NCBI GenBank assembly: GCA_020536535.1
Contig: JAHLWZ010000087.1
Location: 1-36,850, forward strand
Reading direction: 5' to 3'
From: Pelomyxa schiedti
Lineage: Eukaryota > Protista > Evosea
Length of the DNA: 36,850 nucleotides
Below the pieces are notes generated by a model, which saw nothing but the letters and a program-made list of their open reading frames with translations, was not told the DNA's origin and did not search any database. The position numbers and the translations under genes are program-made. Each line of letters begins with the position of its first letter. The first letter of the stretch is position 1. Of this stretch, positions 26,921 through 36,850 are shown piece after piece.

Positions 26921-28280
26921 TTATGAGCTGTGGGACTGGGACGGAGTGGAAGTGGTAGTGGTGGTGGTGGCGGCACAAGTGGTTGTGGTGGTTGTGGAAG
27001 CAGAAGGGGAGACCGTGAGAGACGGGGGCAGGGTGATGAGGCAGGTGAGTGAACTGTGTTGTGGAGAGGGCGGCAGGCGCCTCTTGATAAGGAGGGAAGC
27101 ACCACACGACGCAGTGGTGATGAGGTTGGTGAGGGTGGATGCCGGTTCCCCGGCAGATAGTGCACATAGTGCAAGGGCCCCCGCGATGTTCCCATCTGAT
27201 TTGGCTTTGGGGTCCGTGTCAACGAGGCTGTTCAGTACTGCAAGAGCGGAGGACTGTGGGCTGGTTGTTGTGGTGGTTGTAGATTGTGTGGTTGATGCGG
27301 GAGATGTCGTAGCGGTCGCAGGCCGAGTATTGATCGATACGGCAGAATCGGTGCTTAGATGACAGAGTGCCAGAAGGGCCGCTGCCAATCTTTGCTGGTG
27401 TAGACCGGTTTCATCTGCCCTCTCACCGGTAACTGTGTTTAAGTAAGGAGACAAATCCATGGTATTACTGGCATAATAAGAAATTCCCACACCCATGGAA
27501 GTGAGGCGTTGCATGGCAGGTTGTTTCTTGCCACAACAGAAATCAACCCAGGCAACCAGCGCATCCACGGCATCACAGTACTCAGATGACACCTTGTTGG
27601 TAATTGAGGTAAAGTAGCGGGCGCTGTTGGTTACCTCAACGCCACAGCATCGGTCCAGCACAAAGTCCGCAATAGAGGTTGCACCCAAATCGGCTACAAG
27701 GGCCGAGCACAGAGCTCTGAGGTAGATATTGGAAGGTTCTAGTGAGAGTCATTACAAGTCTCTTACCAAGCCCTCCATCCAACTGCAATTTACCTTGAAC
27801 AGAGAGAGGCCTGGTGCCCAGCACTTTACAAGCTTCCGACAGAGAATCCACGTCCCCCATCAAATAAGCAACCTAAAAACATAAGAGATAAGACAAGCCG
27901 AACGCTTAGTGCTGTGCTTTGTAGTCGTAGCCACACCCATAATAGTTGCGTACCTCGACCCACGCACGCAGCATCCTAGTGGAATTGGGGCAGTCGACGC
28001 GCCACTTGGCCAGTGCATCCGCGCATGTGCGCAGCACGCCAACGTCGCGCAGGGCCACGTGGGCCAGTGCGTGCGCCTCGTCCAGGTCGAGCCTGCTCGC
28101 CACTGCCTCCCCGCACAACGCTACAGCCCGTGCCATGTCCCCCACAAAGTATGCGTCCTGTGCCTGTGTCAACGCGTCGTCATCGTCATTCTCTGCCTCG
28201 TCCCCATCCGGGACACCCACTACGAATTCCCCGTCGTCATCGTCGTCACTAGCAGGAGCATTCGGTGGAACAAACGACAT
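26921..28280 (-). CDS. Hypothetical alpha-helical protein (acidic N-terminus, possible TPR-like helices)
   Basis: Multi-exon model. The second copy keeps the reading frame in exons while frame-breaking indels fall in predicted introns. No family recognised. Confidence 0.6.
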
Positions 28281-28404
28281 TCAGAATCCCTTGCTGAGAT
28301 GCGATCTGAGAATCGAGCCCAATTGCACTTGCACAATTCGCAAGCAATCACAGAAAATAAAAAAGCCGAGGCACAGTACAGCGCCCCAGATACCGACGCG
28401 GACG

Positions 28405-31267
28405 ATGACATCGTACAACCTCGCGTACAACCTCGACGCAGCAGAATTCGTGCCGCGAGCGTACCAGCCCCCAGCGACCCCGGCCGCGACGGCACCTACT
28501 GCCCCTCCCACCGCCTCTGCGCCCCCGCCAGCCATCAAGTACACAGGCGTCGTTACGCTAGGAGGCGGCTCCACCCCCGCACCGAAGAAACCCGCGGCGC
28601 CAGCGCAACAACAGCAGCAGCAGCCGGGAGGAGGAGGAGGAGGAGGCAAAGGCGGCAAGGCCAAGGGAGGTAACGCCAACGCCAACCAACAGCAGCAACA
28701 ACCAAGCAACAAATCTAATAAGACAGGGGGGGCACAGCAGCCAGCGGCCAAGGGCAAACCGGCAGCCCAGCCCCAGCAACAGCCAGGAGGAGGGGGCAAG
28801 GCCAAGGGGGGGCCAGCAGCACAGGGCTCCGCGTCCACCGCGCCCAAGGCAGCCGTGGTCACCATCGGCGGGCCCAGCCCAGCCAAGACACCCAGCCCAA
28901 CCCCGTCGGCCACGTCCACAGCCACAGCAGCCGCGAGCAAGACGACGACGACGACGACGACGACGACGCCGCCAGCCAAGGCATCGTCGCCACCCCCCAA
29001 GGCGTCGACGCCGCCGCCCGACCCCACTGCTGTTCAGAAACCATCAACGAAGGGAGGGAAGAAGCCTGCAGCTGACGCCGCCACGGCCAAGCCCACCCCC
29101 GCTGCTACTAGTGCTGCAGCCACATCTAGCAGTACTGCTGCTAAGCCCAAGGCTGCCTCGCCATCCCCTGACAACCTCGGGGATGAGGAAGATTACGGCG
29201 ACATACCCCCAGAGTATGCAGTCATTCTATTTCTATGAAACTTCAACTTTTCTGACTTCATCTTAGGGAAATGGTAATGGCCCCCAGGTAAAACTTTCTG
29301 ATTTGCATTGACTTTTTCCCCAGGACGATGAACTGCGTGCTGAACTTCGCAATATTGCTGTGGAGGAAATGCAACTCGTGGAGGAATCACGAGAAAATAT
29401 GAACGTTATATTCATTGGCCATGTCGACTCTGGCAAGTCTACTATCAGTGGGCAAGTATTGTATGTGCTGCAGGCTTCAATATTTCTACTTAAACTTTTT
29501 CAGATTGCAGACGGGTATGGTCGAAAAGAGGCTCATAGACAAATATGAAGGAGAAGCAAGGGAGAAAAACAGAGAATCATGGTGGCTTGCCTACATTATG
29601 GGTATTCCTTTCCCACAACTGACACTGGATTTCGAGTCACATAAAAACAGATATGATTGAAGAAGAAAGGCAGAAGGGTAAAACAATTGAAGTCGGCCGT
29701 GCCAACTTTGAGACTTCCGTTAGGAGATACACAATTCTGGATGCACCAGGGCACAGGAGTTATGGTACGCCTGCTTCACTATACCGGTTCTTTTTGCTTA
29801 CTGTTAAAAATCAGTTCCAAATATGATTGCTGGAGCTGCACAGGCTGATATCGGTATTCTCGTTCTGTCAGCCAGAAAAGATGAATTTGAGACTGGTTTC
29901 GACAGGGGTGGCCAAACGAGGGAGCACACCCAATTGGCTAAAACTGTGGGAATCAAGCAGTTGATTTGTGCTGTAAATAAAGTATGTTCCTCAAAAGTAC
30001 ATTTAGGAGGGAATAATCGCGGATGCTCAGATGGACGATCCAACGGTAAACTGGTCGATAGAGCGCTATAACGAAATCGTGGACAAAATGACTCCTTTCT
30101 TACTAAAGCAATGCCAATACGCAAAAAAAGGTACGTGGTTACCTTTGTTCCTTTTTTTTCCTTATTCATACACAGATATCATTTTTGTGCCAATTTCGGG
30201 TTACGCTGGTATAAACATCAAGGACCCTGTAAAACCCTCTGTTTGCCCTTGGTACAGGTAGTGTCCCATCCACTTTGCTTGTTTATTTCTCATTACCTAC
30301 ACAGTGGTCCTTGTCTTCTGCAAATTTTGGACTCGCTCACTGTGCAGAGGGGGCGAGACGATCTGCCACTCAGAATGCCTATCATTGACAAGTATAAAGA
30401 TATTAGAGGCAACAGTGTTATCATGGGCAAAATTGAAAGCGGCACCATTCTTCTTGAAGGGACAGCAATGATCATGCCAACACGAGTGACTGTGGAAGTC
30501 TTTGGCATCATTGCAGATGAACAAGGCACGATGCTGAAGAAGGCCAGACCTGGTGACAATGTGAGATTGATGATCAAAGGTACCTCTTTTCCCACTTTCA
30601 GAATTATTAACCAAATCACAGGGGAGGTACCCGAAAATGTATTTAGTGGCTTTGTACTTTGCAGCACTTCAGACATCATTCAACCCGTTTCTACTTTTGA
30701 AGCTCAGATAGTTGTTATGGACTTGCAACCCAATAAATCTGTATTTTGCCCTGGGTATCAAGCTGTCTTTCACTGTCACACCGCAGTCGAAGAGTGCCAG
30801 ATTACGGTTTCTTTTGTACCGCTTTTTTTTCTTCTTCACTCATTATCCACAGAGATTGCTGGCGCAAATTGACAAACAAACTGGTGTCCTCCAAAAGAAA
30901 AACCCAACATTTGTCAGAGTTGGGAGTGTTGTGGTGGCTCGCGTTGTGCTTGCAAAGCCGGTCTGCCTCGAGAAATTTGATAGCTACCAGCAACTTGGCA
31001 GATTCACTCTTCGTGATGGAGGTAAGCCATATAACACCCGAACCGCTTTCTCAAATTCTCTAAGGCAAAACAATTGCTTTCGGAAAAATTACTTTCCTTG
31101 GAAAGCGCCCGCCAAAGAACCCCGCCAAAGCAACAACCACGCCAGCAGCGGCAACTTCAACAACAGCAACAACACCATCCGAGACCACTACCATCACAAC
31201 AAGCGTAACACCCGCAACGCCCGCGGAGACTACAACCGTTACACCCGCAACACCCGACCAGGAATGA
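28405..31267 (+). CDS. SUP35: Eukaryotic peptide chain release factor 3 (eRF3/Sup35)
   Basis: PAM2 YNLDAAEFVPR, Q/G/P/T-rich N-region, NVIFIGHVDSGKSTISG, REKNRESWWLAYIM, GKTIEVGRANFET, ILDAPGH, ADIGILVLSARKDEFETGFDRGGQTREH, NK|MDDPTVNWSIERY, QLGRFTLRDG|KTIAFGKI. Confidence 0.95.
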
Positions 31268-31444
31268 ATTCGTGGCTAATGGCTCCTTTCATACGCAATG
31301 ACAGCTAGGCTGCAAGGTAGTGTCTGAGAAACCAATCCCTTCCTNNNNNNNNNNNNNNNNNNNNNNNNNNNNNNNNNNNNNNNNNNNNNNNNNNNNNNNN
31401 NNNNNNNNNNNNNNNNNNNNNNNNNNNNNNNNNNNNNNNNNNNN

Positions 31445-31962
31445 GGTGTTGCTTACAACTCTCTTGAGGGACCTGGCTCGTTTTTCAAGTTTGGTGTGTT
31501 TGTATCTTTCTTCATGCTGTTGCTTCTTGGCAGACTAACCCTTGTGTGGGTGAGGGTATGAACCCCTAACCCTAATACTCGCTATGAGTTTCCATTGGCT
31601 AACCTAATTCGTCAGGCACCTTTCACACCCAATTGGTGGACAGTTGTTTTCGCACTTGAAACAGTTGCCATAGCCGCCGGTTTGTTGGTCAATCTTCAAC
31701 GGAATTATCTAAATTTTCTCCAGGTGACTGGGCCCTCTATGTTATGGCAACGAATGATGCCGCCGCTGCGCTTGCATCCTCTTCCTCCTCGGGCATAACT
31801 ATTGAGCATGTTGATGAAGTAGCGGCCAGAATATGGCTTGGCTTGAACCTTGTTCTATCCATGATCTCCCCGATCACAGTCTGTATCTGGACTGTTCTGA
31901 CTGCTGTGCGGCACAAACTGTTCATTATGGATGAAATGGACTTGGAGGTTGGCAAGGCGTAA
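31445..31962 (+). CDS. SLAC1/TehA channel C-terminal part, second copy
   Basis: Matches 23447-23958. Confidence 0.75.
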
Positions 31963-32003
31963 AGTAATGGACTCTCCACACCATTGTACAAAAGAAAAAT
32001 GTT

Positions 32004-34829
32004 TTACTGTGTTAATTTTGTTTTGCCTTTGCCTCTAAAACAGTACTTTTTGAAGGTGAGGTTCAACCGAGCACCAACGAGTGGGTCCGGTAAGTTCTCA
32101 TTGAATCGAACTTTGAATTTTCCAGATGATTTCCCAAAGGTACTATCAATGACCCCTTGCCGGGCTACAATAATAGGGTTAATGTAAAAAAAAAGAATAA
32201 TCTCAGGCCGTACGTGGCGTTGTAGTGAGTGTAATTTTCAACCCAAGAAATACTTCTGGGTTAGTTTCTTTCTTGAACAGGTTCTTACCAACTAAGGTCC
32301 GTTGATCAATTATCTGTATTGCCAATTATTATCTGTGTTATGTGAGGAGTTGAGAGAAATATACCCTATCGATAGAGCCAACTTTGGTCTTGGAGTGGTA
32401 AATGTTGAGGTGTTCCTTCCGCAGATTAATGACCGGCCGAGTATTATCTGCTGTTGACTGGGAAGCTGAAGTGGAAGTTGTTGCAGGTACAAGTGAAGTG
32501 GAAGATGCAGAGGGGGGTGGATTTGGGGAAGGTTTGGTGGCACCAGGTTTCTGTTGTAAAGTTTTATTTGGAGGTGCCTTGGGAGTAGCTGCAGGGCCGG
32601 AGGGTGGTTTTGCGGTAGTACTTGGCTTAACAGTGGTGGTTTGTGAAGCATCAGCAGTTATAGAAGTATCGGAACTCGCGATATCAACTGCCTGCAGTAT
32701 GTGCCCATGAAAGGCTAGTCTGCACATATTCTTATCTGTGAGATGTGAGTATGTTTCAATCATAGTGCAAGAAAGGGATAGTAAGCAAACTTATATCTGT
32801 ATCCATTCGAGAAGCAATAAATATTGAATTCACAGGGATGAGAATTGGTTGCTCAAACTCAAGTAACGCGAAGTAAGTCAAGAAAGAAGGGGATTGCTGA
32901 GAAACTGTTGAGGTTGTTGTAGTGGTATTCTTGTTGCTTGTAGTTGGTGTTGGAGTAGCCTTGCTTTGACCTATCCCGGGAATTAGTGACACGTATTCGT
33001 ATTCACTCCTTGAATCGAATTGGCCTGTAAAGACTGTCAAGAAAAAAAGGGAAAAATGAAGCCAGTACTCTGGGAGTTGGACCCAAAGAACGTGACGGTT
33101 GCCAGAACGGTGGTATGTGCAACAGTAACTTCAAGAATGAGCGAGGCTCAACATGACCCAAAAAATACCATGAAACTTCGATCCAGTATTCAGCTCTTGT
33201 TTATAGTACGGCACCTTATTAACAGAGACAATGGCAGCTGGGAAAAACTGGGTGGTATTGGGCGAACAAACTAAGCCTCGCTCTAGCAAGTTCGCATCAA
33301 ATTGTGGTAGGCAGACCCCAACTCTGTGTATATAAATATCAGAAAGTTTAGGAAAGTGATACCTGTCTCCAACGGCTGCACTTTGAACTGGCTTGTGGAA
33401 GACTTGTATTGACTTCACTTTGCGCTTCAGGTTGAGCATTGGTACTTCTACTGTCTCATTTACTTGGACGGTTCCTACGAAATGTATTCGTCAGCTCAAA
33501 GAGAGATTTAGGTTCACCGACCTCTTAGGATAGTTCCTGTCATCACTGTTCCTTGGCCTTTTACCTGGAAGCAATGATCAACGGCCATTAAAAAGGGAGC
33601 AGCTAAGGTCTGTTGCAAAATTAATACTGGAGATTAAAAGGTCATGAGACCTTGGTCCTATTCCGTAAAAGTTCGGCATCCACAAACTTCAATAAATGCT
33701 GTTTCAAGTTTTCCAGACCATCAATGTTTGAGCTTTTGGAGGCTAAACGGCATTAGTGGTAAAACGCAATATAAAAATGTTGACCTGGATCAGTACTACG
33801 TGGGGCTGCACTGAGAGGAATTATAGAACATCCAGAGAAGGGAGTAACAGCAAAAGTCTTTTCGAGACGGATTTTCATCTTGATACCTCTTAGGTGAACC
33901 TGAAAGAAAGATAAAAAAAAACCTTGTCAACTGAGGATGCCCGGATTTCAGAAGGTAGTAAATCAACTTTATTTAGCGCAACTACTAGCTTTTTTGTGGC
34001 AATCGAGCCTATAACCAGTCCCTTTTGATAGTTATAACACCTAATTCCTAATGCGATTCAACCTCTGAAGTTTGTGTTTGAATGCCTTTTATCACGTCAA
34101 TAACAAGGATCATCATATCCATAATCTGTGAACCGCCAATGATTGTGCGAATTAAAGAGGCATGACCTGGGCAGTCCACCAAGGTAAACTGCACATGACT
34201 GAATTCTAACACAGTTTATCAATTAACAAACAAGGAGAATACAAGAATGAGAAGAAATATGGCCATTAAAAAAAATACCAGGGAATGGAGAAGGCATCAT
34301 GAAAGCAGAGAACCCCAAATCCAGTGTGATTCCCCTCTGTGCGCTCTGTGGACTTTTATCAAATGCGGCAGTAGATGCCTCGCTACTCAGTGCCTTTGCT
34401 ACCCAGCCAGGTCAGGCAACGTCAATATGGCCACACACACATTCATACACACACATGCATACCCAACGAAGTCTTGCCCGAGTCAATGTGGCCCAGCACC
34501 CCCACGTTCACATTCAACACCCTCCCTGTCCCCCCTGTCCCCGTGGCCGCCGCCCCTCCTCCTCCTCCACCGCCACCGCCCCCCTGCTCCCCTGTTGTCC
34601 CTGTACTACTAGTACTACTACTGCTACTGCTACTGCTACTGGCAGCAGTGCTCGTTGCCGCCGCAGTGCTTGGCGACGTGGCGGGGATGGCCGTGGCCGT
34701 GGGTACCACCACGGTGGCAGGAAGTGGTTGTGGTTGTGGTGGTGCCGGGCACACTGTAGTAGCAGCGGTACAGGTTCCCTCGGTTCCCTCCCCCACTGTA
34801 CCACTTGTCGCTGTCTCCTTGTCGCCCAT
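32004..34829 (-). CDS. EEFSEC: eEFSec, second copy or allele
   Basis: Same exons and motifs as 24002-26868, with small differences in low-complexity tracts; an upstream in-frame ATG exists at 34838. Confidence 0.9.
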
Positions 34830-34879
34830 CAAATTCATGGAAAATGGAACCCCTCTTATCTAATGGAGGGGAGGAGGGT

Positions 34880-36223
34880 TTATGAGCTGTGGGACTGCGA
34901 CGGAGTGGAAGTGGTTGTGGTGGTTGTGGAAGCAGAAGGGGACACCGTGAGAGATGGGGGCAGGGTGATGAGGCAGGTGAGTGAACTGTGTTGTGGAGGA
35001 GGGGGGGGCAGGCGCCTCTTGATAAGGAGGGAAGCACCACATGATGCAGTGGTGATGAGGTTGGTGAGGGTGGATGCCGGTTCCCCGGCAGATAGTGCGC
35101 ATAGTGCAAGGGCCCCCGCGATGTTCCCATCGGATTTGGCTTTGGGGTCCGTGTCAATGAGGCTGTTCAGTACTGCAAGAGCGGAGGACGCCGGGCTGGT
35201 TGATGATTGTGTGGTTGATGCGGGAGATGTCGTAGCGGTCGCAGGCCGACTATTGATCGATACGGCAGAATCGGTGCTTAGATGACAGAGTGCCAGAAGG
35301 GCCGCTGCCAATCTTTGCTGGTGTAGCCCGGTTTCATCTGCCCTCTCACCGGTAACTGTGTTTAAGTAAGGAGACAAATCCATGATATTACTGGCATAAT
35401 AAGACATTCCCACACCCATGGAAGTGAGGCGTTGCATGGCAGGTTGTTTCTTGCCACAACAGAAATCAACCCATGCAACCAGTGCATCCACGGCATCACA
35501 GTACTCAGATGACACCTTGTTGGTAATTGAGGGGTTAAAGTACGTGCGCTGTTGGTTACCTCAACGCCACAGCATCGGTCCAGCACAAAGTCCGCAATAG
35601 AGGTTGCACCCAAATCAGCTACAAGTGCCGAGCACAGAGCTCTGAGGTAGATATTGGAAGGTTCTAGTGAGAGTCATTACAAGTCTCTTACCAAGCCCTC
35701 CATCTAGCTGCTACCTACCTTGAACAGAGAGAGGCCTCGTGCCCAGCACTTTACAAACTTCCGACAGAGAATCCACGTCCCCCATCAAATAAGCAACCTA
35801 AAACCGTAATAAATAAGACAAGCCGAGGCACTACACCACTCTTTAGTGTTGTGCTTTGCAGTGGTAGCCACACCCATAACAGTTGCGTACCTCGACCCAC
35901 GCACGCAGCATCCTGGTGGAATTGGGGCAGTCGACGCGCCACTTGGCCAGTGCATCCGCGCATGTGCGCAGCACGCCAATGTCGCGCAGGGCCACGTGGG
36001 CCAGTGCGTGCGCCTCGTCCAGGTCGAGCCTGCTCGCCACCGCCTCCCCGCACAACGCTACAGCCCGTGCCACGTCCCCCACAAAGTATGCGTCCTGTGC
36101 CTGTGTCAACGCGTCGTCATCGTCATTCTCTGCCTCGTCCCCATCCTGGCCACCACCACCAACTACGAATTCCCCGTCGTCATCGTCGTCACTAGCAGGA
36201 GCATTCGGTGGAACAAACGACAT
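34880..36223 (-). CDS. Hypothetical protein, second copy of 26921-28280
   Basis: ORFs 35843-36223 and 34880-35515 match the first copy. Confidence 0.6.
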
Positions 36224-36345
36224 TCAGAATCCCTTGCTGAGATGCGATCTGAGAATCGAGCCCAATAATTGCACTTGCACAATTCGCAAAAGCAATCACA
36301 GAAAATAAAAAAGCCTAGCACAGCCCCCAGAGACCGACGCGGACG

Positions 36346-36850
36346 ATGACATCGTACAACCTCGCGTACAACCTCGACGCAGCAGAATTCGTGCCGCGAG
36401 CGTACCAGCCCCCAGCGACCCCGGCCGCGACGGCGCCTACTGCCCCTCCCACCGCCTCCGCGCCCCCGCCAGCCATCAAGTACACAGGCGTCGTTACGCT
36501 AGGAGGCGGCTCCACCCCCGCACCGAAGAAACCCGCGGCGCCAGCGCAACAACAGCAGCAGCCGGGAGGAGGAGGAGGAGGAGGCAAGGGCGGCAAGGCC
36601 AAGGGAGGCAACGCCAACGCCAACCAACAGCAGCAACAACAACCAAGCAACAAATCTAATAAGACAGGGGGGGCACAGCAGCCAGCGGCCAAGGGCAAAC
36701 CGGCAGCCCAGCCCCAGCAACAGCCAGGAGGAGGAGGCAAGGCCAAGGGGGGGCCAGCAGCACAGGGCTCCGCGTCCACCGCGCCCAAGGCAGCCGTGGT
36801 CACCATCGGCGGGCCCAGCCCAGCCAAGACACCCAGCCCAACCCCGTCGG
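36346..36850 (+). CDS. SUP35: eRF3 N-terminal part, second copy, truncated by the window end
   Basis: MTSYNLAYNLDAAEFVPR.. as at 28405. Confidence 0.85.
   Translation, partial: MTSYNLAYNLDAAEFVPRAYQPPATPAATAPTAPPTASAPPPAIKYTGVVTLGGGSTPAPKKPAAPAQQQQQPGGGGGGGKGGKAKGGNANANQQQQQQPSNKSNKTGGAQQPAAKGKPAAQPQQQPGGGGKAKGGPAAQGSASTAPKAAVVTIGGPSPAKTPSPTPS

Larger units (their letters stand above)
31445..36850. repeat. Diverged second copy of 23447-28909 (allelic haplotype or segmental duplication)
   Basis: Collinear with scattered SNPs and indels; begins immediately after a 100-N gap. Confidence 0.93.

Noticed and set aside
27636-27863. Possible selenoprotein (Cys-rich ORF ending in TGA) next to eEFSec
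   Set aside because: Splicing shifts the true frame to ..LRALCSALVADLGATSIADF.., leaving the TGA out of frame; no SECIS was recognised.

Overview
Gene-dense eukaryotic (protist-like) scaffold with many short spliceosomal introns, mostly about 30-80 nt, and three 100-N gaps (638-737, 21524-21623, 31345-31444). Intron style and Thr/Gln/Gly low-complexity tracts suggest an amoebozoan, possibly an archamoeba, but this is inference only. In order: a partial metallophosphoesterase copy; a 513-bp tandem repeat carrying tRNA-Ile(AAT); HisRS; an Aven-like protein; a C2 + PLP class-V lyase fusion; U2AF65; TRAPPC13; a CaMK-family kinase; a metallophosphoesterase; a zinc-ribbon protein; a hidden spliced gene for a stand-alone, motif-altered eRF1 N-domain; a UIM + herpes-tegument-like (VTD) deubiquitinase; an RS-domain/SLAC1-TehA channel fusion; eEFSec; a hypothetical protein; eRF3. 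After the last gap is a diverged second copy of 23447-28909. The most notable item is the eRF1 N-domain-only gene, which the ORF track fragments because of its introns, lying within about 10 kb of eEFSec and eRF3. All gene models were spliced by hand and family calls rest on remembered motifs, not database searches.
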